A stretch of 64,000 nucleotides of DNA, from contig OZ241986.1 in NCBI GenBank assembly GCA_965204375.1, positions 608,001 to 672,000 of the forward strand. The letters are read 5' to 3'. Each line of letters starts with the position of its first letter. Position 1 is the first letter of the stretch. The position numbers and the translations under genes are program-made. This stretch comes from Candidatus Latescibacterota bacterium (GTDB lineage Bacteria; Latescibacterota; UBA2968). Shown in pieces: positions 20,885 to 31,158 of this stretch. Below the pieces are notes generated by a model. The model had not been told where the DNA came from. It ran no database searches and saw only the letters and a list, made by a program, of their open reading frames with translations.

Positions 20885-22724
20885 GACGGGTCGGCAAAAA
20901 GTCAGAGATTGCCCCGATAGTTTTGGTAAGCTATATTTCGTTTATGCTTACTTTACGAGACCACGATAGGGCAGCCCCACCGGATTTCTGGATACAGCTT
21001 GGGGCTAAACGCAAGCAACTTCTTGATCGTTCCTGGGCTGGTGTTTTCCGAGAGTATCTGCTTTTGGAACTGCCCGTTGAGGCACTGGCCCCCCATTTTA
21101 GCAAAAATTTTGGGCGTCCCAGCAAAGACCTCCACGTTGTGCTCGGCGCACTGGTGCTGCAACAACTGCATGATTTGACCGATGCACAGACAGTGGAGGC
21201 CATTGCATTCAACATCGCTTGGCAGTATGCCCTTGATGTGCGCAGTGAAGCCGACTGTTATTTTTGCGAGCGAACGCTTCGCACCTATCGTCGTTTGGTG
21301 ATTCAGCATCACCTGGATGAGGTGCTCTTCCAAAGTCTGACCGACAAGCTCATTCATTCGGTAGGGGTTCATACCCGCAAGCAGCGGATTGACTCGACGG
21401 GTGTCCAAAGCTTTATGCGCAACCTGACACGCTTGGGCATTCTGGTCGAGTCCATGAGTAAATTCTTGCGCCAGTTGCGTCGAACCTGCCCAGAGTTGTA
21501 TCAGGAACTGGACTGTGACTTGTGGCGCAAGTATGTTGCCCGCACAGGCGATGGGTGTTTCGCTTTAACCACACCGAGCCAGTCAAAGTGTCGATTGTTA
21601 GAAGCCGCCGCCGATATAGATGCATTGCTAAAGCTGTTTTGTCCAACCGAAGCGGCGCAGTTGGACAGCTACCATCTGTTGGCAGGTGTTTTTGAAGAAC
21701 AGTGCCAACGCATACAAGGCGCATCTGGTCAAAGCAGCATCCAGATGCGGGATCCCCATGCGATACCGTGTGATAATACGCTTAATCCGGCCGATCCTGA
21801 CGCCAGCTATAATAAGCATCGTGGGGTGGGCTACCTCATACAGGTCATGGAGACCTTCTGTGATGATACCGACAAAGACGATGAGGCACAGGACGCCACA
21901 TCAGGCGTGTCTAAAGTTGCCCTGCCAGACCTGATCACGCATATCGCCGTTGGCAAGATGACAGTCCATGACAGTAAAGCCCTCTTACCTGCCATACAGG
22001 ATACACAAGCCCGTGGCGTGATGCCCAAGCATCTGCTGGCCGATACGCACTACGGTTCGACAAAATGTATCGCGCAGGCCAAAGATAGAGGTGTCACGTT
22101 GTTGGCTCCGTCGATGCCCCCCAAGGGCAAAGGTCAGGGTAAATTGACGTTGGAGGACTTTGAAGTAGATGCATCTGGGCACATCCAGCGATGTCCAGCC
22201 GGCCATGCACCCCTTGAGATGTCTGTGAGCAAGAAACGCCTTCAGGTTCGATTTGCCCCAGATTTATGTGACCAATGCCCCTTGCAAGAGCACTGTCCAA
22301 TCCCAGGGAAAGCGCGTCTCCAATATACCCACGAGCGTGTCAAGCAACGTGCCCGGCGTCTGTTTGAACAGTCTGATGTCTTCCGTGACCAATACCGCTG
22401 GCGTGCTGGCATCGAAGCGACCATATCGCGTCTAAAGCATCAAATGGGACTGGCTCACCTGCGGGTGCGTGGGCAAGGTGCGGTAAAATATCGGGTCTTG
22501 CTCAGCGCATTGGGTCTCAATATCCATCGTGTCGCTGTCTATAGGGGGTCCTTTTACCCTCAAAAGCTTTTTGGTAGGCTTTTGAGTGCCTTGCAAGGTC
22601 ATCAGCGGGTTATTGGGCCTTACAAACCTATATCAGGGCGTATGAACAGACGATTTGAAGTACCCACGACAAGGGGTTACAGGGGGCTTTCTCCCTTGAT
22701 TTTAAGACTTTTTGCCGACCCGTC
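20885..22724 (+). mobile_element. IS1182/IS5-like insertion sequence, 1840 bp
   Basis: Perfect 19-bp TIRs GACGGGTCGGCAAAAAGTC; 7-bp TSD AACTTTT at 20878-20884 and 22725-22731. Confidence 0.9.
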
Positions 22725-23853
22725 AACTTTTGAATATACCTCTAAACGCCTTGAGTCAGGTAAAAAATGTGATTGCGTTTGCATAGGGTGTGGTGAATCG
22801 CTTATCCTGAAACGTGGAGATAAAAAACAGTGGCATTTTGCTCATTGTGCAAAAACTTCCTGTGGTGGAGAGACTTATATCCACAAAGTAGTTAAAACGT
22901 GGATTGCTGAGAAATTGATAGGCCAAATCCTTTCTTTACCAGTACATCCAGAATTAGATAGCCCTAAAAAATTTTTAGTTGAAAGTGGCGAGATAGAAAA
23001 ATATAACAGTGCTATAAAACGGCAATATGACGTTGTGCTTAAGGGAATTTTTTCGTACGGTGAAACAGATCAAGTAAATCATGGTGAATTGATATTTGAG
23101 GTGCATTATAGTAACCCCAAAGATGATTGTTTTAAGTTGCAAGTGCAAGAATGGAAACTTTACGTTCTTGAGGTCGATGCTAAAACATTCTATGGTGATG
23201 GACGAGAAAAATTTACGATAGAAACACTTTCAGAAAACAGCGAGTGGACATGGCTTACGGACAACCAAAAACTTTGGGCTGAATATGGCTTGAAAAATAG
23301 TGTACGAGATATTATAGCAAACTGGATTACGGAAGAAACATGGATAGACGAAGAAGTAGAAATTCGACACGGTCCCTCAAAATTTATACGTACAGGTTAT
23401 GGACGTTTTAGCGTTGAACGACAAGTTGAAACAAAAATAATAAAGAAGGGGCCCTTTTATCGGCTGTTTGGAGTTGTCGATAGATTTGATAATGACGGAC
23501 CTTTGAGAGATTACGGATTTTATATTTGGGATTTTTTGGAGAGGCACAACACAACGCCATACTATTTTCATGCAGATAAGTGTTGGAAAAATAGAAAAAG
23601 CGATATAACTGGCAAAATTTACGATATTGTTTTTCAAGGAGATTTTGTAGGTCGGAGTAACAATGCACGTAAAAAGTCCTGTTTGGTATTCCAGTTAGTA
23701 GATAGTCTTGGTGAATATGATGACGATTTTAAGCAAGAAATACGAAAAGCTAAATTCTGTATTCTTGAGGTTGATATACATGGATTTTTTGCTGACGGAC
23801 TTGAACCTCCCACGCATAAGAGATTTAAGGAAAATACACAGTGGGTATGGTGA
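20944..23853 (+). CDS. DDE transposase read through in frame into a 5'-truncated CoiA-like zinc-finger/PD-(D/E)XK protein
   Basis: GRPS, RIDST, DPDASY, ADTHY, YRWRAGIEATISRLK; no stop before the TIR; then CVCIGCGE..WHFAH..C..ETYIH and YDVVL..FEVH. Confidence 0.75.
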   Translation: MLTLRDHDRAAPPDFWIQLGAKRKQLLDRSWAGVFREYLLLELPVEALAPHFSKNFGRPSKDLHVVLGALVLQQLHDLTDAQTVEAIAFNIAWQYALDVRSEADCYFCERTLRTYRRLVIQHHLDEVLFQSLTDKLIHSVGVHTRKQRIDSTGVQSFMRNLTRLGILVESMSKFLRQLRRTCPELYQELDCDLWRKYVARTGDGCFALTTPSQSKCRLLEAAADIDALLKLFCPTEAAQLDSYHLLAGVFEEQCQRIQGASGQSSIQMRDPHAIPCDNTLNPADPDASYNKHRGVGYLIQVMETFCDDTDKDDEAQDATSGVSKVALPDLITHIAVGKMTVHDSKALLPAIQDTQARGVMPKHLLADTHYGSTKCIAQAKDRGVTLLAPSMPPKGKGQGKLTLEDFEVDASGHIQRCPAGHAPLEMSVSKKRLQVRFAPDLCDQCPLQEHCPIPGKARLQYTHERVKQRARRLFEQSDVFRDQYRWRAGIEATISRLKHQMGLAHLRVRGQGAVKYRVLLSALGLNIHRVAVYRGSFYPQKLFGRLLSALQGHQRVIGPYKPISGRMNRRFEVPTTRGYRGLSPLILRLFADPSTFEYTSKRLESGKKCDCVCIGCGESLILKRGDKKQWHFAHCAKTSCGGETYIHKVVKTWIAEKLIGQILSLPVHPELDSPKKFLVESGEIEKYNSAIKRQYDVVLKGIFSYGETDQVNHGELIFEVHYSNPKDDCFKLQVQEWKLYVLEVDAKTFYGDGREKFTIETLSENSEWTWLTDNQKLWAEYGLKNSVRDIIANWITEETWIDEEVEIRHGPSKFIRTGYGRFSVERQVETKIIKKGPFYRLFGVVDRFDNDGPLRDYGFYIWDFLERHNTTPYYFHADKCWKNRKSDITGKIYDIVFQGDFVGRSNNARKKSCLVFQLVDSLGEYDDDFKQEIRKAKFCILEVDIHGFFADGLEPPTHKRFKENTQWVW

Positions 23854-24160
23854 TAGACGAAGTAAAATTGAATATAATCCCCAGTTAAAGAAGCAGGAGA
23901 TAATATGAACATTGAAACTTTAATGAAGGTACATTTTTCTGAGGAGGGCACCCAAAAACCGATATGGAAAACGCCACAGAAATTGCTGACAACCTCGCAT
24001 TGGTGAAGCTGGCTCTACACCGGTATTGCAGTGTTGCCAAAGCGGCCATTCGCAAGTACGACAAAAACACTTGACAACGACTGCCGCAAACGCCTTCTTA
24101 CCAGCGATCTATGCGCAAGAAATGGCCCTTGTAGTTTCTACACGTAGAGGAGATTAGACG

Positions 24161-25201
24161 ATGGACAATGCGATGCGTGACACATTCGCACGACAAGGCT
24201 ATGTCGTCGTGCCCAACGTGCTCAATCAACAGCAACTGGACGAACTCAATCAAGTCTATGATCAGCATATCCACGAGCGGGAGGAGACGCAGTCCACGGA
24301 CGGCACCGACGCACGGAAGCGCAAAAGCATCCGGGGGCGCGACACACGCCAGACAACGGATCGGCACGGCAATACCTACGTAGGGAGAAGGCTCTGGAGC
24401 AAGGCCTACCGGGACCTGATCGACAACGAGACCATGCTGCCCATCCTTGAAGAGCTTCTCGGCGACCCGTCGTGGGGCCATGCTCCAGCACATATGCCGG
24501 AAGAGCTTCGCCCCTCGTTCCGGTTAGATCACGACAATATACACTACAAACCTGGCCGGAAACCGACAGACGGCGCGGACATAGGCGGGACGCTCCACGG
24601 CGGCCCAGGCGCCTTTCATATCACATGTGTGTATGAACTCAAGACAGTCGGACCAGATGACGGGGGCTTCGGGTGTGTTATTGGCACACACAAGCCAGCC
24701 AATGAGCAGAAACTGCTGGACATTGACGGCGACTGGCGGCGGAACTGGTGCGACACGAAATGGACGTCGCAACTGCCGAACTGGGATGACGATGTGCCGG
24801 TGCACCGCGTCGAGGCTAAGGCTGGGGACTGCATTTTGTTCAGTGAGAAGCTCAAACACGGTACGATTCCGTGGGCAGGGAGTGGCGAGCGCCGCACCCT
24901 CTTTTATAAGTACGTTCCTTTTGGCATGCACCACGTCGACGTTGCGTACGACACCAACGACCCCGAACTCACTGAGCGACAGAAACGGATCCTGGAATTT
25001 TCACCGTGCTGGTTTAACGATCCCCGGGAGGACAAAGACTACTCTGCAAATCCAGCGCTGACAGCGCTCCATCCGCTGGCGTGTGTGGAGAGCGACCCGA
25101 GTGTGTTGCTGCCGGGCATGTCGCCGCCGCACATCCGGCTGACGGACGAGACCAGGGCAATGCTGAGTGCCAATGGCGCGAGTGCAAGCCCAACGTTGTA
25201 A
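24161..25201 (+). CDS. PhyH-like dioxygenase, duplicate copy 1
   Basis: FARQGYVVVPNVL, LHGG, GTHK, AGDCILFSEKLKHGT, ERRTLFYKY. Confidence 0.82.
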   Translation: MDNAMRDTFARQGYVVVPNVLNQQQLDELNQVYDQHIHEREETQSTDGTDARKRKSIRGRDTRQTTDRHGNTYVGRRLWSKAYRDLIDNETMLPILEELLGDPSWGHAPAHMPEELRPSFRLDHDNIHYKPGRKPTDGADIGGTLHGGPGAFHITCVYELKTVGPDDGGFGCVIGTHKPANEQKLLDIDGDWRRNWCDTKWTSQLPNWDDDVPVHRVEAKAGDCILFSEKLKHGTIPWAGSGERRTLFYKYVPFGMHHVDVAYDTNDPELTERQKRILEFSPCWFNDPREDKDYSANPALTALHPLACVESDPSVLLPGMSPPHIRLTDETRAMLSANGASASPTL

Positions 25202-25234
25202 TGTTCGAGGTATTTTACTAATTGAGAAAAAATA

Positions 25235-25268
25235 AAGAAGGCTGCGATCCATTTCGCAGCCTTCTTTT
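25235..25268 (+). terminator. Rho-independent terminator
   Basis: AAGAAGGCTGCGA-loop-TCGCAGCCTTCTTTT. Confidence 0.65.
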
Positions 25269-25294
25269 ACTTCGATCGTGGGCCTCACCAATAC

Positions 25295-25543
25295 TTGTAT
25301 AACCCGGAGACAGGAGCAGCGACAGAATTTGTGGATCCCGAAGACGAAGAGACCAGGGATGCCGAGAATGTTCAGTACATTTTTCAGTGGACTGTTTCTG
25401 ACTACCTGATGGCGATGATTGATGCTGGATTTGAGATCCTTCACGTTTGGGAAGAGCCGACCAAAAATCATGATCGATGGCGTCAGAATTGTTTTCATGC
25501 TCTGCCCAACGGATTCCGTATGGTCTGTAAGAAGAAGCAATAG
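25295..25543 (+). pseudogene. C-terminal fragment, class I SAM methyltransferase-like
   Basis: FQWTVSDYLMAMIDAGFEILHVWEE; no plausible 5' part. Confidence 0.45.
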
Positions 25544-25707
25544 CTTTATCCTCTCGTTTGTGAGAGGGCGACACGGTCTATAACTCACCGTAAGCGATGT
25601 GTGAACGGCAAAAACACTTGACAACGACTGCCGAAAACGCCTTCTTACCAGCAATCCATGCGCAAGAAATGTCCCTTGTAGTTCCTACACATAGAGGAGA
25701 TTAGAAG

Positions 25708-26751
25708 ATGGACAATGCGATGCGTGACACGTTCGCACGACAAGGCTATATCGTCGTGCCCAATGTGCTCAATCAACAGCAGTTGGACGAGCTCAACCAA
25801 GTCTATGATCAGCATATCTTTGAGCGGGAGGAGACGCTGTCCACGGCCCGCACCGACAAACAGAACCGCTTCTACATCGGCGCGCGCGACAAGCACATGA
25901 CAACTGACCGGCACGGCAACACCTACATGGGGAGAAGGCTCTGGAGCAAGGCCTACCGGGACCTGATCGACAACGAGACCATGCTGCCCATCCTTGAAGA
26001 GTTTCTCGGCGATCCGTCGTGGGGTCATGCCCCAGCACACATGCCGGAAGAGCTTCGCCCCTCGTTCCGGCTGGATCATGACAATATACACTACAAGCCT
26101 GGCCGGAAACCGACAGACGGCGCAGACATAGGCGGGACGCTCCACGGCAGCCCGAGCAGCTTTCATATCACATGTGTGTATGAACTCAAGACAGTCGGAC
26201 CAGATGACGGGGGCTTCGGGTGTGTTATTGGCACACACAAGCCAGCCAATGAGCAGAAACTGCTGGACATCGCCGGTGACTGGCGGCGGAACTGGTGCGA
26301 CACGAAATGGACGTCGCAGCTGCCGAACTGGGATGACGATGTGCCGGTACACCGCGTCGAGGCTAAGGCTGGGGACTGCATTTTGTTCAGTGAGAAGCTC
26401 AAACACGGTACGATTCCGTGGGCAGGGAGCGGCGAGCGCCGCACCCTCTTCTACAAGTATGTTCCTTTCGGCATGCACCACGGCGACGCCGCGTACGACA
26501 CCAACGACCCCGAACTCACTGAGCGGCAGAAACGGATCCTGGAATTTTCACCGTGCTGGTTTAACGATCCCCGGGAGGACAAAGACTACTCCGCGAACCC
26601 GGCGCTCACAAAGCTCCATCCGCTGGCGTGTGTGGAGAGCGATCCGAGTGTGTTGCTGCCGGGTATGTCGCCGCCGCACATCCGGCTGATGGACGAGACC
26701 AGGGCGATGCTGCTGGGTGCCGGTGGCGCGCGTGCAAACGCGAAGTTGTAA
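25708..26751 (+). CDS. PhyH-like dioxygenase, duplicate copy 2
   Basis: Near-identical to 24161..25201 including ~100 bp of upstream sequence. Confidence 0.82.
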   Translation: MDNAMRDTFARQGYIVVPNVLNQQQLDELNQVYDQHIFEREETLSTARTDKQNRFYIGARDKHMTTDRHGNTYMGRRLWSKAYRDLIDNETMLPILEEFLGDPSWGHAPAHMPEELRPSFRLDHDNIHYKPGRKPTDGADIGGTLHGSPSSFHITCVYELKTVGPDDGGFGCVIGTHKPANEQKLLDIAGDWRRNWCDTKWTSQLPNWDDDVPVHRVEAKAGDCILFSEKLKHGTIPWAGSGERRTLFYKYVPFGMHHGDAAYDTNDPELTERQKRILEFSPCWFNDPREDKDYSANPALTKLHPLACVESDPSVLLPGMSPPHIRLMDETRAMLLGAGGARANAKL

Positions 26752-27001
26752 TGTTCGAGGTATTGTCTGGCCGACCAAACGTTACTATAACTTTTTGGCC
26801 AAATGATAGCGAAAATAGAAAATGCCGTGAGATTTTTTCCACGGCGTTTTCTTATTTGTGCTTGTTTTTCTTTCTATTTGCCAAAAAATAACTATAATTC
26901 TCATTCAGCTAACTGGCGCGAGTCTTTCGAGGAGGAAAATGTGCAACCTTCGGAGTCTAAAGACAGACCATCTGCGATGAATCACCATACGAGGCCACAG
27001 A

Positions 27002-27850
27002 ATGACACCTAACTTTCTGCACATCGGCGCATCGAAATGCAAATCATCCTGGCTGTATCGGGTCTGTCTTGAACACCCGGACATCTATGTACCAGGCGAT
27101 GGGTATGATAACGTGAATTTTTTCGTGAACACCTACCACCGCGGTATGGACTGGTATGAGGAAACCTTTTTTGATGGGTGGAACGGTGAATCGGCCATCG
27201 GGGAGTTCAGCAATTCCTACATGCCCTTTGAACCGGCACTGGAGAGGATCTCGAGAACACTACCAGATGTGAAGCTGACCATGACCTTGATGAACCCCGT
27301 TCACCGGGTGTTCTACCAATGGGCTCACCGCAATGTGAAGCCGAAATGCACAGTCACGTTATTTGGCGAGCGGCGGCGGGTCAGTCCGCTCGACGTCCAG
27401 GCATTGCTGAATCGATGCGGAATGGACCCTGGGCGCGGGCTATTTGAGATGCCTGACCGTCTCTTGCATCACCATGGACACGGCCTGTTTCGCCAACTTG
27501 CAGAAGGTTGTTTCTATGCCTTTTGCCTGAAGCGGGTCTACCGATACTTTGATCAGAGCCATGTGCTCGTTTTGCTCTACGATGACTTGCTTTTGGATCA
27601 GGATGCGTTCCTGGGCCGCTTCTATGACCACATCGGTGTCCCGCACCGTTCGAGTATGTTGAAACCAGAGGCTGTGAATCCGGACCCACCGCTCACGGAG
27701 CATGAGAATTGGTTCCCATTCGCGTTGCGGCGGGAGTTGACAGATGCTTTCCGAGACGACATCGAAGACCTGCAAGAGATGCTTGGCCGCGATCTGAGTG
27801 CCTGGCTGGATCCGAAGCATCTGCCCGAGTATGCGACCCGAGAACGCTAA
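27002..27850 (+). CDS. Sulfotransferase domain protein
   Basis: PNFLHIGASKCKSSWL (5'-PSB-like), GMDWY, GEFSNSY, LMNPVHRVFY. Confidence 0.8.
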   Translation: MTPNFLHIGASKCKSSWLYRVCLEHPDIYVPGDGYDNVNFFVNTYHRGMDWYEETFFDGWNGESAIGEFSNSYMPFEPALERISRTLPDVKLTMTLMNPVHRVFYQWAHRNVKPKCTVTLFGERRRVSPLDVQALLNRCGMDPGRGLFEMPDRLLHHHGHGLFRQLAEGCFYAFCLKRVYRYFDQSHVLVLLYDDLLLDQDAFLGRFYDHIGVPHRSSMLKPEAVNPDPPLTEHENWFPFALRRELTDAFRDDIEDLQEMLGRDLSAWLDPKHLPEYATRER

Positions 27851-27891
27851 GTCGAATCGCTAGAGACCGCAGTCCCTTGACGGTATCTATA

Positions 27892-29253
27892 TCAATTCCC
27901 ACCGGTTGGTAGGGGTAAGAAGTCGCGTTCCAGAATCATCCACTCGGTTAGGCGGGCAATAAGATCAGCTTGGACGTCTGCCAAACCTGGATCATCAATC
28001 AGGTTGGTCAGTTCATAAGGATCGTTCTGTAGATCAAACAATTCAAACATTGGCCGGGTGGGGGTGAAGTACAGTCTTTCATGCAGTTCGGACAATTCAC
28101 CGCGTTTGCAACGTTCCATAAGGTCTATCCATACAGGTTTGCTATAAAAATCTACGGGCGTAAAAGGCACCTGCCAGTAGGCATTGTAAATCAAATGGTA
28201 ACGCTCTGTTCGAATTGCACGTGAAAGATCAAAAGCCGCTGAGGATACTGGAAGATCTTGACCGTGTGCACCACGCTGGGTGAATACTTCGGTTCGAGAT
28301 TTGTGCTCGCCGCCAGTCATCAGCTCACAAAAACTGTTGCCCGTGATTTGCTCCAGCGCATCAAGGCCTGTGGCTTCTAACACCGTTGCGGCAATATCTT
28401 CACCACTGATCAACTCGTCTGAAACAGTTCCCGGCGCGATCTTTCCAGGCCATTGTGCTATCAACGGCACATGACAACTCGGCTCATACAAAGTGCCTTT
28501 TCCCCGAAGCAGCGCTGCACCATTATCTCCCATAAACATCACAAGCGTGTTTTCACGCACCCCACGCTTGTCCAGCACATCCATCGCCTGTGCAAATTCC
28601 TGATCCATGCGGTGCAGAACACCGTAATAATCTGCCAAATCTTCGCGCAATGTTGGCGTATCGGGAAAATGCGGTGGCAATACGAGCGAGGCCGGATCAG
28701 GTCGGTATTCATCGGGTCGCAATGTCCAAGCCCGGTGTGGATCGTTAAAACCGAGATACATAAAAAAGGGTGTATCTTTGGGGCATTGGTCCAAAAATTC
28801 ACTCAAAACCCTCGGAGTTTCTCCCTTTAATTCCTTATCGGTACAGACATTGAGATAGTCTACACGATCTTTTGCTGTGCGCAGATTGTATTTTTCTTGC
28901 ACATGTCCATCCACGCCTTTTGGGTTTGCACGTCCGTCCAGATGGTGCCACCGCCTACCCAGACCGGTAAAATATCCGGCATCTCGCAACGCATCCAGAA
29001 TGGTGGGCACCTCACGTGGGAGGGGGGCTGTAAACCGTGTCATCGAAATGGCAACCGGTGACCGGCCCGTAAACATCGACGCTCGAGAGGGCATACATTG
29101 TGGCGATGTTGTATATGCGCGGTCAAAGCGCATCCCTTGTGCTGCAAACGCATCGATATTAGGCGTGTTGGCATGTGGGTCGCCATAACACCCCAGATGC
29201 GGTGCGCTGTGATCATCTGAAAGAATCAACAGAATATTTGGACGCCCTGCCAT
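27892..29253 (-). CDS. Sulfatase (sulfamidase-like)
   Basis: PNILLILSDD, CMPSR, DPHR, GDNG, RGKGTLYE. Confidence 0.9.
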   Translation of the reverse strand: MAGRPNILLILSDDHSAPHLGCYGDPHANTPNIDAFAAQGMRFDRAYTTSPQCMPSRASMFTGRSPVAISMTRFTAPLPREVPTILDALRDAGYFTGLGRRWHHLDGRANPKGVDGHVQEKYNLRTAKDRVDYLNVCTDKELKGETPRVLSEFLDQCPKDTPFFMYLGFNDPHRAWTLRPDEYRPDPASLVLPPHFPDTPTLREDLADYYGVLHRMDQEFAQAMDVLDKRGVRENTLVMFMGDNGAALLRGKGTLYEPSCHVPLIAQWPGKIAPGTVSDELISGEDIAATVLEATGLDALEQITGNSFCELMTGGEHKSRTEVFTQRGAHGQDLPVSSAAFDLSRAIRTERYHLIYNAYWQVPFTPVDFYSKPVWIDLMERCKRGELSELHERLYFTPTRPMFELFDLQNDPYELTNLIDDPGLADVQADLIARLTEWMILERDFLPLPTGGN

Positions 29254-29468
29254 GCACCAACTCCTTTCATAAAGATTCAAAAGACCATGTAGTCGGCCTC
29301 AAAATACACAATCAAAAGTCTTCCCACAATGTCCAAGTGGCTTCATGTCCCTTTCGCAAAGTATTAAGACCTTTTGAGACATTGTGTATTGGTGTCTGGC
29401 TGGATATCATAAATAACAGAATGGAAAGCTCTTGAACATCAACCCTTAAAAAATGGGGGGTAATCGTT

Positions 29469-30806
29469 ATGACCGGTGGTTTTGGATCAGGATCGAATCA
29501 AGTCGAAGCCAGTGATCAGCCAAATTTTATTATTCTTTACGCTGACGATCTCGGTTGGCCAGGATTATCAGTATTAATGGATGAACGCGTGCCTGATTCT
29601 AAAAGTGACTACTATCAGACACCAAACCTCGAACAACTGGCAAAACAGGGCGTGGTTTTTAGCAATGGTTATGCGGGTTCTCCGGTTTGTTCTGCCTCAC
29701 GCGCAAGTTTGCTAACCGGAATGACTACCGCAAAGCATGGGCTGACTGCATTGGTTGGTTGGAAGGGGCAGAACCGTGATGACAGTGTACTGATGGGAAC
29801 ACCTAATAAAACAAACGATATTCAGCCTTATACGACACTACCTGAGCAGCTTAAAAAGATTGATTCAAGTTATGTGACTGCTCACTTTGGTAAATGGCAC
29901 CTTCAGTCTGGAGGGCCCGGTTCTAACGGTTTTGATGAAAGTGATGGTCCCACTGGCAATAGAGAGGGTAATACTGAAGATGGAGGGGATGACCCCAAGC
30001 AAACCTTCAGTATCTCCAGAAGAGGAATTGAATTTATGAAACAGTCGGTTAGCGAAAACCGGCCCTTTTACTTGCAACTTTCATACTATGCCGTCCATCT
30101 GCAAATGATAGCACTGCAAAAAACCCATGAAAAATACAAGGCCTTGCCCAAGGGTACTAAACACGACCATCCACTGTATGCTGCCATGACAGAAGATCTT
30201 GATACTGGCGTCGGAATGGTTCTAAGTGCCGTAAGAGAATTGGGAATCACAGAAAACACATACATTGTATTCACTTCGGATAATGGCCCTTATGTCAATC
30301 GTAGAGAGGGAGAGATAAGCAGTGCGTTACCTTTAAAGGAAGGTAAATTCTTTGTTTATGAAGGAGGCATTCGTGTTCCCTTTATTATTTCTGGTCCTAA
30401 TATTAAGCCAGGAGAAATATCTCATGTTACGGTGACACAGTATGATCTGTTTCCGACTGTCTGTGATTTGGCTGGTGGACATTGGCCTGAGGAAGTAGAT
30501 GGCGGAAGTCTGCGGCATACTTTGCATAACGACATCCAAGGAAAGGTGAAACGTCCAAGCGATTATCTTGTTTGGCACTATCCTCATTTCAATCGTCAAG
30601 CCAATCCTCATTCTGCCGTTATTTTTGAAAATTATAAATTGCTGCGTTTTTGGGAAGACGAGACCCTTGAACTTTTCGACTTAGAAAAGGATCCATTTGA
30701 ACTGAAGAATATTGTTAATGAGAAACCAGAATTAGCACAAAAATTACTTTCAGAAATGGATCAATATATCGCTAAAGTTGATGCATTAGTCCCGAGAAGA
30801 AAATGA
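29469..30806 (+). CDS. Sulfatase
   Basis: PNFIILYADDLG, CSASR, GKWHL, SDNG, YEGGIRVP. Confidence 0.92.
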   Translation: MTGGFGSGSNQVEASDQPNFIILYADDLGWPGLSVLMDERVPDSKSDYYQTPNLEQLAKQGVVFSNGYAGSPVCSASRASLLTGMTTAKHGLTALVGWKGQNRDDSVLMGTPNKTNDIQPYTTLPEQLKKIDSSYVTAHFGKWHLQSGGPGSNGFDESDGPTGNREGNTEDGGDDPKQTFSISRRGIEFMKQSVSENRPFYLQLSYYAVHLQMIALQKTHEKYKALPKGTKHDHPLYAAMTEDLDTGVGMVLSAVRELGITENTYIVFTSDNGPYVNRREGEISSALPLKEGKFFVYEGGIRVPFIISGPNIKPGEISHVTVTQYDLFPTVCDLAGGHWPEEVDGGSLRHTLHNDIQGKVKRPSDYLVWHYPHFNRQANPHSAVIFENYKLLRFWEDETLELFDLEKDPFELKNIVNEKPELAQKLLSEMDQYIAKVDALVPRRK

Positions 30807-31158
30807 AACGAGAGAGTGCCATTGGCCTATCATGCAAACGCTTCTCGTTCCAGTTGTTAATGATAGTGACTGCGATGAGCTGTACAATTTCTGATCAACA
30901 TAAAAGTAGGTGATGGTATAAAATAGAAGTCAGGTTCTTGGCGATGCACGAAAGTGGGAAGACATTCCAAACCCAGACGAATATATGTTAGACAGGCTGG
31001 ATCAGTAGCTTTTTAGCGGGTTGGGGAAATCTCTGACTAATCAAACATTCTCCTACAATATGATAAATATCGATAATGTTTTAGCTTCTTGCATGTCTTG
31101 AGAATAGTTTCATATCCGTGGAAAGGCAATGACAACCGTGAAGAAAGGAACTGTATCG

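Larger units (their letters stand above)
19510..22742 (-). mobile_element. IS256-family element whose upstream IR is interrupted by a second IS
   Basis: IR GAGATATTGTCAAATGTTGTGGATGGG at 19510; partner IR split between 20869-20884 and 22732-22742; no flanking TSD. Confidence 0.88.

Noticed and set aside
24161-26751. PhyH duplicates as a DGR template/variable repeat pair
   Set aside because: Differences are not adenine-specific and no reverse transcriptase is present
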